From the NCBI RefSeq assembly GCF_006345805.1, contig NW_021833300.1, positions 1 through 64,000 on the forward strand: DNA of 64,000 nt, in the 5' to 3' direction. The notes under the pieces were generated by a model. It ran no database searches and was not told the origin of the DNA. It saw nothing but the letters and a program-made list of their open reading frames with translations. Both the position numbers and the translations under genes were made by a program. This document shows, piece by piece, positions 1 through 13,311 of this stretch. Origin of the DNA: Octopus sinensis. Lineage: Eukaryota. Each line of letters starts with the position of its first letter. Position 1 is the first letter of the stretch.

Positions 1-526
1 ACTTCTCTTTTACTTCCGGTTCAGATGTCTCCCTTCATTTCTCCACAGGACATCAATGTGACATTGATGTGGGATTGATTCTTGCTATTTTTATCTTTTG
101 TTTTTGTTTTTCTTCTGATTTTGTCAGGGTCTTCTACTTCCCACAAATGCAACGAAACTTTTGCAAAGACTCCGAAATCATAACTCCTTGGCCCTTAATC
201 CGATTCTCTGTCTTATGAGTTACCCATCTTTTCCTCCTAAACCCCAAATCTTTCTCTCCCTCTCTCTTAGCTTTGCCTTTCTAACGCTACATTGCATTTC
301 GCTTCTTCTTCTCTCTCTCTCTCCTCCTCCTCCTCTCTCTTGTCTTCTCTAGTCTTTTTCTCTTGCACTCAAAGTCTTACTCTTTCCCCCACTGTCCTCT
401 CCATCTCCTTCTCGCCCTCCTACTCTCTCCTTATATCACATCGTAGTCTCCTTTCTCTTCCTACAACTCTGTCCTCCCTCACTCTCTCATATTCGTTACT
501 GATCCGAGTTTATGTTCTATTTCCAG

Positions 527-697
527 AAGGAATTTCGGTTGGAAATAGGAATTGGTCATATTATAACTTTCAATGGAACAGGGATGAATTCTACATCGTG
601 GCTGCATAATGAGAAAATCCTTTCTAATTCATATCCGAATTGGAAAATTCTGAAATTTACTTTCAATAAGAAGTATAAACAAACTACTTATTCATAA
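527..697 (+). CDS. Terminal coding exon of paralog A of the secreted PAN-domain family (upstream exons lie outside the window)
   Basis: Acceptor ttctatttccag|AAG, then 171 nt encoding KEFRLEIGIGHIITFNGTGMNSTSWLHNEKILSNSYPNWKILKFTFNKKYKQTTYS*. Same length, phase and stop position as exon 3 of copies B/C; flanks 1-1180 and ~1720-2040 align with ~56530-57470 and ~57720-58000. Confidence 0.8.
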   Translation, partial: KEFRLEIGIGHIITFNGTGMNSTSWLHNEKILSNSYPNWKILKFTFNKKYKQTTYS

Positions 698-761
698 TTA
701 ACACCTTCAACTAATTGTTCCATAAGTAATTCTTTTGAACACTTTCACTGTGTGTATATAA

Positions 762-1030
762 TTTAATTCAATTTTTATTGGCTCAAAGAGCAAAAGCAAG
801 GCCATGTAGGGGGATAGGGAGTTATGTACAGGGAGGGTGGTCATACAAAGAGTTCAGGCCATTTCTGGTCAAGAGAGACTTTGAACCGAGCGGTCGTCGG
901 CATCTTTACTATCTCGTCCGGCAGCTTATTCCACGGATCCGCAACCCGGAAGGAGAAAGACCCTCTCCTTCGATTGAGATGAAATCGTCGTAGATAGAGC
1001 TTTTCGGAGTGACCCCGCAGCCCACGTTAA
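762..1030 (-). mobile_element. 3' fragment of a CR1/L2-group LINE inserted downstream of the paralog A stop
   Basis: Minus strand reads RGHSEKLYLRRFHLNRRRGSFSFRVADPWNKLPDEIV, the usual LINE ORF2 C-terminus; segment absent at the homologous position in B/C. Confidence 0.65.
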
Positions 1031-1333
1031 CTTTACAGATATACTTTATATCCCATTGTTGTATAATATTATAATTCCATAATAATAATCATTTCTTCCA
1101 TAGGCAGAACGTGTGATAGCTTGTTGGGGGCGGGGGGGGGGGTTAGTCGATTGCATCAGTAACAGTAACAACTGGTAATTATTTCAACGATCTCCCACAT
1201 ATGTAAAAGACAAAATCGACTTCGGCAATATAGATCGATACTAGGGTCATAATTATGGGTGACAATTTTATATGACACCGCTAGAAAAAAAAGGCCGTTC
1301 AAACCGAGAAGATCCCAAATTGTATATAAAACA

Positions 1334-1627
1334 CTAGCAGTATCGTCCGGCGTTGCTCGGGTTTGTAAGAGAAATAACTATATAAGCATTTTTAGAGAGT
1401 TACTTCCCTTATATAAACCGAGCAAAAAATGCATTAAAAATGCAAAAAATTTTTTTTTTAATCGTAGACTCATCGTAGAAGCGCACTAATACCCAGAAGG
1501 GCTCGATATGAATCACGGCTATAAGATACCCGTTTTTGGTTAAACTGCACCGCAAAATGTAGGAGTAGTTAGGAATCTAATTCAGAGGAGACAGAGTCTC
1601 ACACAGCTTCATTTTTATATATAAAGA
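1334..1627 (-). mobile_element. Non-autonomous Helitron-like element
   Basis: Minus strand starts a|TCTTTATATATAAAA and ends with GC-rich subterminal ccgagcaacgccgg followed by CTAG|t (A-T target); a second copy lies at ~2437-2685. Confidence 0.65.
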
Positions 1628-2118
1628 TTAATATCAGAGATGAAATTATAAACTCATTGATTTAATTAAACTGAACCGATTATTGTAAATTAAGTCGTAA
1701 AAATGTTTTCTTTATGTTTAAGTTAATTAAATTAATCAATTGTAATATATTAGTTTCAGTTACCCGTACTTTAGCGCCGAGTTTGATAACAATTGGACGT
1801 TAGAAGCCTATAGAGAAAGTGGAAACGTCGAAAAGTACGATATTCCTATGAGAGATCCATCCGGGAGTAAGTAAAATATATCTTCTTACCTTCAATGCAA
1901 GTGATTGTATAATTCCCTCTGTGTGTATTTGTGTGTTTGTGTTTGCGTGCGCGCGAGCACCGGTTGTTTTCAAAAAGCATTGTCTCATACATAAATACAT
2001 AAAACATAAATATTTTAGAGTGGTTGTATACTGTCAACTTAACGTGACAGTCCTGTAAGGGAATTACACCACTGCTGTTTAGCCCTAGGAAGCATGTCGA
2101 TGCTTCCTAGGGCTAAAC

Positions 2119-2215
<97 letters not shown>

Positions 2216-2436
2216 TAGATAGATAGATAGCGTAAATCTTTCTATCCATCTCTTTCCATATTCTTCAAGTGGCGATTAGAATTCGTTTCGGAAGCGAGGT
2301 AAGTTAACGGTACTGATGAGCAGAAATAACTACGAAATATCGATATCTGTTGTACACGTTCACTTTCGGAACAATTTCGTTTCGCTTAGTTTTCAAGTAT
2401 ACCGTGTCTTTTAATATTATATATATTTAAATGGAT

Positions 2437-2684
2437 TTAGAGTGCTACTTCCCTTATATAAACCGAGCAAAAATGCATTAAAAATGCGACAAAATTATGG
2501 TAAATTTTTTTCTCATCGTAGACTCATCGTAGACGCACGCTAATACCAAAAAGGGCTCGATATGAATCATGACTATAAGATACCCGCTTTTGGTTAAACT
2601 GCACCGCAAAATGTGGAAATAGTTAGGAATCTAAATCGGAGGAGACAGACTCTCACACACACAACTTCAGTTTTATATATAAAG

Positions 2685-2685
<1 letters not shown>
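2437..2685 (-). mobile_element. 3'-truncated second copy of the Helitron-like element
   Basis: Direct similarity to 1390-1627 including the TC 5' terminus; lacks the CTAG end. Confidence 0.6.
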
Positions 2686-2728
<43 letters not shown>

Positions 2729-2960
2729 CATACATATTCATATTCAAATATAGATAGATAGAGAATGAGAGAGAGATACGCGTGTGGGCATTGAGTTAAT
2801 TTAATAAATTTTTAACGAATCTATCCTTTCGTGTTTTTCAGATGTGCAATGGCGTTACCCACAACTGGTCTTCTCAGTACTTTTAAAATAGAATACATAT
2901 ACAATTCCAGAAATTACATAATTTTACATACATAAATACATACATACATACGTACGTACA

Positions 2961-2991
<31 letters not shown>

Positions 2992-3264
2992 GTTAGTACA
3001 TGCATATCTACACACATGCATATTTTTACATACATACATATGTAAGTACATACATAATCATATTCATGTAGATAGATAGATACAGAGAGACAGAGAGAGA
3101 GAATTAGATAGAAAGAATTGATAGATAGATAGAGAGAGAGGGATGTGTATATATATATATACGTATATATAGATAGAGAGAGAGGGATGTGTATATATAT
3201 ATATACGTATATATATAGATATATGTGTGTATATATATATATATATAGATAGATATATATATAT

Positions 3265-3345
<81 letters not shown>

Positions 3346-3879
3346 GTTTAAATATTTGTTGTGCAAGATTTTTTATGTGAAGTCGTGTGTTGAAACAGAT
3401 ATTGTTATATTTCGGAATGGTCATATTGCCAGTTAGCCAATAAAAACACACGCACTATATATTTGGTGTTATTTTGCTTCAGTGATATTTATTTTTTACA
3501 TTAATCTTAATCTTATTTCGGCCAAAGCTCTTTCGTCACACTCCTGTGACCGCATCAGTGGTCCTTTATTTTCTTCTCACTTATTTGTGTCTCTCCTTAC
3601 TAACCGTCAGCCATTTTGTATTTCTATTGTATGTCTTCATTTGCGCATGCTTATATCTCTATGTGCGTCTATGTTTATTTAGTGTGTGTGTGGGGGGATG
3701 CCTGTAATATTTGTATCTTCTGTTTATATACATTCTTGTAATTTGTATTTTGTTTTTGTTGTTGTTGCTTTTGTTCTAATTTTGTTCATGTGTTTACATC
3801 CACCCATTATTATCAGTACATATGCTTGTATGTATGTATAACAACAATATTAGTAATAATAATAATAAATCTAATCGAA

Positions 3880-4190
3880 AAAAAAAATATGAGCACGCAA
3901 AGGAAGAAAAGCAGAAGTATCCAGATACAATAAATGGAATTATTATGGAAGATGTGTTACTACCAGAAGAGTTCAATAAAGACAATGAAGCGAACATCTA
4001 TGGGGGAGTAACAACGGACCCAGATGAAATATCGATACTTCAACTACCACCAAAGTATGCAGTGTATAGTAAGGTGAATACCATCAAATGCCTGTCTGAG
4101 ATTGAAAAGTCGTTCACAAAAATACGTTGGAATTTAAATAGATACAATGACAACAACACTTGCGACAACAACAACAACGCGAAAAACACT
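3880..4190 (+). mobile_element. Penelope-like element ORF N-terminal fragment
   Basis: ORF 3822-4238 contains ILQLPPKYAVYSKVNTIKCLSEIEKSFTKIRW, resembling the pre-RT region of Penelope-like ORFs. Confidence 0.45.
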
Positions 4191-4690
4191 AACCGCAGCA
4201 ACACTGTTAACTCTCTGGCACGTTCAACAAAATTCTAAAGAGGGCGCTTCAGTCTATTTCACATTATGAAAAAGATATCTTGCTAAATTTTTTACTTCAG
4301 AGATTATCCTTCCTCAGTATATATTGTTCTTTAACTCAGAAATGCAAGATATTTCACCCCACCGCCACCCAAAGTCCATACACACACGCACACACACATT
4401 CACATGTTTTTCTGTCATGTATTTAATATGCTTTCTGTGGTGCACGAATGGGAAACACTCCGCGACGCACGAATGTAATATATTCGAATGAAATATTTCC
4501 GAATTGAATATCTCAAAGAGTAACTATTCTTTCTGGTTACTTTACTCTTCTACTCTTTTCTCTGTAACCCAGTTATTCTTTTTATTGTTGTAAAATAAAA
4601 CATTTTTATCTGAGAAAAAAGGTTCGTCTGTCATATTTCTAAAATATTTCCCGTTCTTCTTTATATCAACTTCAACATATAACATTTATA

Positions 4691-5098
4691 GGCGCAGGAG
4701 TGGCAGTGTGGTAAGTAGCTTGCTAACCAACCACATGGTTCCGAGTCAGTCCCACTGCGTGGCGTCTTGGGCAAGTGTCTTCTGCTATAGCCCCGGGCCG
4801 ACCAATGCCTTGTGAGTGGATTTGGTAGACGGAAACTGAAAGAAGCCTCTCGTATATATGTATATATGTAAATGTGTGTGTTTGTGTGTCTGTGTTTGCC
4901 CCCCTAGCATTGCTTGACAACCGATGCTGGTGTGTTTACGTCCCCGTGACTTAGCGGTTCGGCAAAAGAGACCGATAGAATAAATACTGGGCTTACAAAG
5001 AATAAGTTCCGGGGTCGATTTGCTCGACTAAAGGCGGTGCTCTAGCATGGCCGCAGTCAAATGACTGAAACAAGTAAAAGAGTAAAAGAGTAAAGAGA
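4691..5098 (+). mobile_element. SINE family 1 copy (tRNA-like head, GAGTAAAA tail)
   Basis: Head ggcgcaggagtggcagtgtggtaag...ggttccgagtcagtccc and (GAGTAAAA)n tail; same family at 23123-23550 (-) and 39643-40070 (+). Confidence 0.75.
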
Positions 5099-5464
5099 AA
5101 TATTAAATGGGTGATCCCTACGTGAAAAATACTGATTTCAATTTTTACCAGAAGTCGACAATGTCAAGGAGGAGATAAATCGACCCCAGCACTCAACCAG
5201 TACTTATTTTATCGACCCCGAAAGGATGAAATGTAAAGTCAATCTCGGTGGAATTTGAACTGAAAACGTGAAGATAGACAAAAGGCCGCTAAGCATTTCC
5301 AGCAGCGTGCTAACGATTCGGCCAGCTCACAGCCTCCGACGTGAGGAATCTTATTTGTCAACTGACACAGGCAACGATTGAAACAAGTTCCTCAACTCTT
5401 GTACAAAGTTTGTAAGATCTGTGATCTACACAACCATTCACCACGCCCCCATTTCTCTCTATAT

Positions 5465-6064
5465 AAATTTCTTTATTGCCCACAAGGGGTTAAACATAGA
5501 GGGGACAAGCAAGGACAGACAAACGGATTAAGTCGATTACATCGACCCCAGTGCGTAACTGGCATTTTATTAATCGACCCCGAAAGGATGAAAGGCAAAG
5601 TCGACCTCGGCGGAATTTGAACTCAGACCGTAGCGGCAGACGAAATACCTATTTCTTTACTACCCACAAGGGGCTAAACATAGAGCGGACAAACAAGGAC
5701 AGACAAACGGATTAAGTCGATTACATCGACCCCAGTGCGTAACTGGCACTTTATTTATCCACCCCGAAAGGATGAAAGGCAAAGTCGATCTCGGCGGAAT
5801 TTGAACTCAGAACATAGCGGCAGACGAAATACCTATTTCTTTACTACCCACAAGGAGCTAAACATAGAGAGGACAAACAAGGAAAGACAAACGGATTAAG
5901 CCGATTACATCGACCCAAGTGCGTAACTGGCACTTTATTTGTCGACCCCGAATGGATGAAAGGCAAAGTCGACCTCGGCGGAATTTGAACTCACAACGTA
6001 ACGGCAGACGAAATACGGCTACGCATTTCGTCCGGCGTGCTAACGTTTCTGCCAGCTCGCCGCC
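5465..6064 (-). repeat. Three tandem (~186 bp) copies of SINE family 2
   Basis: The unit ...cgaccccgaaaggatgaaaggcaaagtcgacctcggcggaatttgaactc... recurs three times; further copies at ~5165-5335 (-), 8631-8765 (+), 8870-9435 (-, three partial). Confidence 0.8.
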
Positions 6065-6074
6065 TATATATATA

Positions 6075-6126
<52 letters not shown>

Positions 6127-6393
6127 CTCCGTGAGCTGGCAGTGTTGTCTGGTACTTATTTTATCCATTCCTGTTTCTCAAATTACTCACCTGACCAGGT
6201 ATAAGGGACATAAGCATTAATGGGTTTTATTCCTCATTAAACACACACACATCGACGCAGGTACAACATCAACTACGATACTAAAAATACGGAAGCAAAA
6301 ACATGCTGTAATTGTTAGCTTAATACTCAAGGATTAAGGAGCTGAAATTATATAAAGTTGAGCTGAAAGAGTAAATTTAGTAAGAAGCGTTTG

Positions 6394-7012
6394 GGATCTT
6401 TTCCTTTTGAAGGCCAGATTTCAACACAATTTCTATTGAACTAAACACTTTTAAACTTTGTATACTGGTAGAAGGTGTCAAAATAAAACATTTTTTCTCT
6501 TGGCTTTCTCTTGGAAAATTGTAATTTGTTTGTCTAACGTAGTTTAATTTTTCGAATTTTAACCAATCCTATGCTCTCTTTTGAGCTAAAATCATTTGCT
6601 GCGTCTAAAACTGAGACAACATCCTGTAACTAACCCTAATTTTTTTTTCTTAATTGTTAAATTAATTTAATTGTTACACGTGTAAAAAAACTAAAGCAAT
6701 GGAATTAAATTAATTTAACAATGAAGAAAAAAATTAGGGTTAGGGCTAGGGGTGAGGTTTAGGGTTAGTTACGGGATGTTGTCTCAGTTTTAGACGCAGC
6801 AAATGATTTTAGTTGAATGGAGGTAATCGATTGGTTAATATTGCCGAAATGCTCGGATTTTCAGACGAAATATCTTACAAACTATAGAATTTTCTCAATA
6901 AAACCAAGAGAAAAAGATGTTTTATAAACACATTCTAACAGTATACGAAGTTTCAAAGTGTTTAGTTAACTAGAAATTGTGTTGACATCTGCCGTTCAAA
7001 AGGAAAAGATCC
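6394..7012. mobile_element. MITE/foldback element with GGATCTTTTCC terminal inverted repeats
   Basis: Ends ggatcttttccttttgaagg / ccgttcaaaaggaaaagatcc, plus an internal inverted pair (~6595-6640 vs ~6760-6808); related element at 35573-35982. Confidence 0.7.
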
Positions 7013-7414
7013 TGTTAGCTTAATACTCAAGGATTAAGGAGCTGAAATTATAGATAGTTGAGCTGAAGGAGTAAATTTAGGAGGAAGCGTTTGTGATAAG
7101 TCATTCTGAAAACGACGAGGTTGAATGACGGGAAGCAACCCAGAATAAACGTACAAGAGCAAGAGGGGAGGTAACTCTGTGTAAAGTGCTTATGTGCACA
7201 TGCAGATATATGCGTACATTTACTGCGTACATGGTGATCACAGTATATATCCGTTAGTATGTATGTGTATATAGTTTTAACGTATGTGTGTGCGTGTACG
7301 AGAATTTCGTTGAACGCAGGGGCTACATATGAATATGAAAAAGATGAAAGGCCTTTTCCTAGCCATAGGCATATAAAACCCGTTTCCCGGATTCTGTGGC
7401 GTATATACTCCTCA

Positions 7415-8480
7415 CTTAAATGTGATAAACAGTCCGCGTAACCAATTTTCTTCGACGGAATATAATGCATCGTAAAATTACGATACAGCAATATTGTATC
7501 CCAACGTTGTAGTCGGTTCCCTGTATGGGTAGGCAATCATTTTTTTTTATCCCAAAATTGATAGTGATGGTCGATGGTCGATTTGTAACAAAAAATGTCT
7601 ACCGTGTAGAAATCTGTGGAATTTTTTTACCGCAAAAATAATCGAAAGAACCTGCTTGTCGGTTCGCTGTATGGGTAGGCAATCAGTTTTTTAATGCCAA
7701 AATTGATAGTAATGGTCGATGGTCGATTTGTAACAAAAAATGTCTACCGTGTAGAAATTTGTGAAATTTTTTTATCTCAAAAATAATCGAAAGAACCTGC
7801 TTGTCGGTTCGCTGTATGGGTAGGCAATCATTTTTTTGTATCCCGAAATTGATAGTAATGGTCGATGGTCGATTTGTAACAAAAAATGTCTACCGTGTAG
7901 AAATTTGTGAAATTTTTTTTACCGCAAAAATAATCGAAAGAACCTGCTTGTCGGTTCGCTGTATGGGTAGGCAATCATTTTTTTTTAATCCCAAAATTGA
8001 TAGTAATGGTCGATGGTCGATTTGTAACAAAAAATGTCTACCGTGTAGAAATTTGTGAAATTTTTTTTACCGCATAAATAATCGAAAGAACCTGCTTGTC
8101 GGTTCGCTGTATGGGTAGGCAATCATTTCTTTTTTATCCCAAAATTGATAGCAATGGTCGATGGTCGATTTGTAACAAAAAATGTCTACCGTGTAGATAT
8201 TTGTGAAATTTTTTTTACCGCAAAAATAATCGAAAGAACCTGCTTCTCTATCTCACTATACTTTCTTCCGCTTCTACCAGCGAACGTGAAGCTTGAACTA
8301 TCGGCTTCATATTTCCTTCTTTATACTTGTGTAGCATGACTGCCCCTATTCCATAACCCGAAGCAATCGAAGCTTCGACTATGGCCATTTCAGGATCGAA
8401 ATACGCTGGTGACAAATCAGAAATTAGTATTTTTTTATCTTTTCAATCGCATTTTGATACTTTACCGACGAATTCCATTT
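7415..8480 (-). pseudogene. Degenerate Ty3/Gypsy pol fragment (RT connection-RNase H) with internal tandem amplification
   Basis: Minus strand: KWNSS..KIKKILISDLSPAYFDPEMAIVEASIASGYGIGAVMLHKY..SRSLVEAE / YSEIEKQVLSIIFAVKKFH..HGRHFLLQ.DHRPL..PTHT.NRLQRWDTILL..IGYADCLSHL, with frameshifts. Confidence 0.75.
7508..8245. repeat. ~147-bp tandem repeat x5 derived from Gypsy RNase H coding sequence
   Basis: The anchor ttgtcggttcgctgtatgggtaggc recurs at 7656, 7801, 7948 and 8096, with a variant near 7508. Confidence 0.9.
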
Positions 8481-10199
8481 TGCTTTTTTTCCCTACAAAG
8501 TATAGTTTGTCACCTGCAATTTTTGCTGTTTTTCTTGACATAGGTTTCTTTATTTTCTACCACGTGAAGGTGTTAAAGATTGAAATGTCACTACCGTATC
8601 CAGTTGTAATTTAATATCCACTCCGTTTATGGCGGCGAGCTGGCAGAAACGTTAGCACGCTGGGCGAAATGCGTAGCCGTTTCGTCTGCCGCTACATTCT
8701 GAGTTCAAATTCCGCCGAGGTCGACTTTGCCTTTCATCCTTTCGGGGTCGATTAAATAAGTACAGTTACAAAATAAAATACCATGAAATATACAGGGATC
8801 GATATAATTGACGCTTACCTACCCACAAATATGTAATCCTGTATCAATGTAATTAATCAATATTATTATCAAAGTTGACCTCGGCGGAATTTGAACTCAG
8901 AACGTAGCGACGCGCAAAATACAGTTAAACATTTCGACGGGCGTGCTAACAATTCTGCCAGCCCGCCGCTTTGACCTTCATAATAATAATAATGCTTTCT
9001 ACGATAGACACAAGGTCTGAAATTTTGTGGGAGGGGCCCAGTCGATTAGTACGCTACTGGTACTTAATTTACTGACCCATCCCCCGAAAGGATGAAAGGC
9101 AAAGTCGACATTGGCGGAATTTGAACTCAGAACGTAAAGACAGACGACATACCGCTAAGTATTTCGCATGGCGTGCTAACAATTCTACCAGCTCTCTACC
9201 TTATCCTTCATAATAATAATAATAATCTTTTTCTACTATAGGCACAAGGCCTGAAATTTGGAAGACGGGGGATAGTCGATTACTTTGACCCCAATATTCA
9301 ACTGCCTCTTATTTTATTGACCCCGAAAGAATAAAAGGTCAAGTCGACCTCGGCGGAATTTGAACTCACAACGTAGCGACAGATGAAATATCGCTAAGTA
9401 TTTCGCCCGGCGTGCTAACGATTCAACCAGCTCACAGAGAGAGAGAGAGAGAGAGAGAGGGTGGGGTGAATGGTTGTATAGATCACAAATCTTAAAATGT
9501 TTGTAGAAGTTATTTTAATCGTTGGTTCGGTCAGTTGCCAAATAAGATTCCTTACGGTTGTGTCACCTCTTTAACATTAATGTTGTATGTTGTAGTTGAT
9601 ATAGAGAAGAGAAGTGTTTCCGAAATATGACAGACGAGGCTTTTTCTCAGATGGAAAATGTTTTATTTAACAACAATAAAATAAATAACTGAGTCACAGA
9701 GAAAAAATTACAACAGCAAAGAAACAACATAGAATAATCACTCTTTGAATATTACATTGGGAAAGCAAATACATTAACTTGTCTTTGTGTGCAACAGAAT
9801 ATTTCAGAAAATATATTAAGCATAAGAAGGGATAAAAATGATGCGAATGTGTATATGTATATATATATATATATGTGATAAAAATTTTGCATTTCCGAGC
9901 TGAACAATGGTATACGCTTATGAAAAAGATAAACTCTGAAATAAGAAAATTTAATGTCAGTTTTTATATTGTAAAATGTGCCAGAGTGTTAGCATTGTGG
10001 TCAGTTAAAAACGCTACAACGGATAGGTCACTTCTTTGTTTTCTTACAAGTATTACAAAGTACCAAAATATTTTGATTCAAATCCGATAATGTAGTGTCA
10101 ACAACAACGATCGTGTAGAGTATGGGCAACAAAAGGTTCTGCTATCTAATAATAATAAAAATAATAATAATAATATTAATAATAGTAATTATTATTATT

Positions 10200-11655
10200 A
10201 TTATTATTATTCAGTAGTTTTATTTTTTATAGCGTGCTTTCACTTCACTACCGAGCGCAGCTCTGTGTGCCTTGGGTATGTGCTGTGATTTGTTGTGATG
10301 CTCTGATGGTTATTGTATGGAAAGTGTTCTGCGTAGGATGTGTGCAGTGCCTAGTAGTGCAATTTTCTGTATGTTATATGTGTTTGTAAGTCCTGGTGTT
10401 TTTGTTATGTATTTGTCTGAATATTTTTTTATCATGCCTAATGCACCTACCATGATAGGAATTGTTTCTGTTTTTAGATTCCACATTCTAGTTACCTCCG
10501 TTTCCAGGTCTTTGTATTTTGAAAGTTTCTCCATTTCTTTTAGAGACACGTTGTCATCTGTCGGTATTGATACATCAATTAGAAAGCATTTTTTTTTTTC
10601 ATGATCTCTGACAACTATATCTGGTCTGTTGGCCTTAATTTCTCTATGCGTGTGTATCGGCATATCCCAAAGTATGGTTGCTTTTTCGTTTTCTGTGACA
10701 TTTTCTGGTGTGTGCCTATACCATCTTTTTTCTGTTGTTATTCCATAATGTTGGCGTAGCTTCCAGTGTATGTAGGTTCCAACTCTGTCATGTCTGTGAA
10801 TATATTCCTTCTTAGCCAGGACTGGGCAGCCAGAGATAATATGATTTAATGTTTCTTGTCCATCTCCACATATTCTGCAGTTACTTGTAATATTTCTTTT
10901 CATTACATGTTTTTGGTAATTTCTGGTGGGGAGGCTTTGGTCTTGTGCTGCAATTAAAAATCCCTCTGTCTCTGCTTGAGTCCTGAGCTTCTCAACCATT
11001 GCTGGGATTTTTCTTTGTCTATTTCTTTTGCATTTAGTTTAGTCCAGTATTTACCGTGAGGGGGTTTTTCTTGCCATCGTTTTATCATGGTTCTTTGCTG
11101 TTCTAGTTTTAGTTTGGATTTCATTTGTTTTATAGCTTTTGTTGTTTCTTCATCTTCTTCTTCGTCTTCTTCTTTATATTTGTTAGGTGGTATGATTTCT
11201 TGTTTGTATTTGTCAGCTTCCTTAAATACTGAGAACAGTTTTTTGTTTTGCTCGTGTTTTGCCGCTATTTGTATGAGTTTTCCTTCCTTCTGAAGTAGAT
11301 ATTTTTGCAGTCCTATGGTGGTTATTTTATAGTAGTTTTCCAGCTGTATAAGGCCTCTACCACCTTCTATACGTTGTATATATAGTCTTTCTATGTCAGA
11401 TTTTGGGTGATGCATCCTAGACCCTTGTTTTCCTATCTATTTTGGTCAGTTAAGGATATTGTAGCTGTAACTTATAACTGGGACAGCTAAAGTGTTAATA
11501 CCTATTATCTTGTTTTTAGCATTGAGCTCCGTTTTTAGTATTGATCTAACTCGTCTGTAATATTCTTTTTTTATTTTCTCTTTCATTTGTGTGTGTTGTG
11601 TCTTATCTAGTTCATGGATTCCTAAGTATTTGTAAGTTTGGCTTTGGTCCAATTC

Positions 11656-11660
<5 letters not shown>
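10200..11660 (-). mobile_element. 5'-truncated R4/Dong-like RLE non-LTR retrotransposon
   Basis: ORFs 11446-11721, 10954-11415 and 10310-10999: RT end (YKYLG), zinc knuckle CRICGDGQETLNHIISGC, restriction-like endonuclease NRPDIV..LIDVSIP..EKLSKYKDL; (TAA)n tail. Confidence 0.85.
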
Positions 11661-11702
<42 letters not shown>

Positions 11703-11896
11703 GTATTATGTATGTGCGCATGTATGTAAGAATATGCAGTTTCTGGAATAATATATATTCTACTTGAAAATCACTGAGATGACCATGGCTTCGTAATTTA
11801 TTTCTAGGTCTGGAAAAAATTAATGAAAAAACTGTTAGAAATTAATGAAGTTAATTCTAAATTTCCCGATGATCATCACACGCACACATGCACCAC

Positions 11897-11975
<79 letters not shown>

Positions 11976-13311
11976 TCTCCTAATAAAAAGCAAAGTTTGT
12001 TACTAAGTTGACCGCTGAAAACACTAAGTAAAATTGATAATATTTCAGATTTTTGTATCATTGAAATTAATTTGACCATTCCGCAAATAACTGTGCACCT
12101 GTTTTCCGAAAATGGAAAGGCAGGAGTGCGGCGAGTTGGTGATGTATCAGATACGATTTCTAGCAATCCACGTACTGTCTCTGTCTTTTCTCACCGTAAT
12201 GCAGTTTAGACATTGAAAAAATATTCAACCTATCACTGAATCCATGGATAGGTTTATCAGATTTATCAAAATTTATCTCAGCCATAAAGAAATTAAAACA
12301 TATTTCACTGTCACACAGATGTCGCGTTTCTTTTGAGGTTCAGTGTATAGCAACACAAACCAACTCTTCATAATCACACCCCAGAGAGCAGGGAAAACAG
12401 GTATCAGCACCGTTTCTCCGTAAATTTCCCGAAGAAGGATTCCTTGCTCTGAAATACTAGAGAAGAGTATAAACCACTGACTTGTATTATTAATATTTTG
12501 TTACAACTTGCATTGTTTTGGCTTTAAAGAAAAACTATTTAAAAGATTTATATGTATGAGACAATGCTTCTTGAAAACCAGACCTGTGCGTGCATTCACA
12601 CACACATGCACACACACACACACACATGCATGCATGCATTCGCGTACGCCAACACAGAGTTATACAATCAATTACACTGAAAACAAGAGAAGATGTTTTA
12701 CTTACTACCGAAGTATTTGTAAGAAATATCGTACTCTTCCTTATTTCCACTTTCTCTTTTGGCTTCTATCCTCCTGTTGTCATTCGCAATGGTAAAGTTC
12801 GGGTAACTGAAACTAATATATTACAATTGATAAATTGTTTTTCTTATATTTTTGTTATTTTCTATGTTTACATGTTTTTTTAATGTAATCCAACACAAAA
12901 TCAATTTGACCCTCATCGATCTTTTTGTCAAACCTTAAGGTTCATAACGAAAACATTATCATTATTATAAGGCAAACAGGCAGAATCTTTAGCATGCCGG
13001 AAAAAATGCTTAGCAGTATTTTGTCCGTCTATACATCATGATTTCAAATTCCGCCGAGGTCAATTTTGCCTATCACTATTTCAGGGATCGTTGAAATTAT
13101 TACCAGTTTGACACTGGTACCGATGCAATCTACCCCCCCCCCCAGCACCCAACAAGCTGTCAGACGTTCTGCCTACGGGAGAAAGGATTATTATTATGGA
13201 ATTATAATATTATACAACAATGAGATATAAAGTATATCGGTTAACTTTCCTCTAATATATACACCGTGAAAGTGTTTAAAAGAACAATTATTAAATAATT
13301 AAAGATGTTAA

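Noticed and set aside
292-609. 105-aa ORF overlapping paralog A exon 3 in another frame
   Set aside because: Starts in a CT-rich intron tract; the conserved reading is the phase-0 KEFRL frame shared with B/C.
4691-4790. tRNA gene
   Set aside because: The tRNA-like A/B boxes are SINE heads continuing into SINE body and tail; no cloverleaf acceptor stem.
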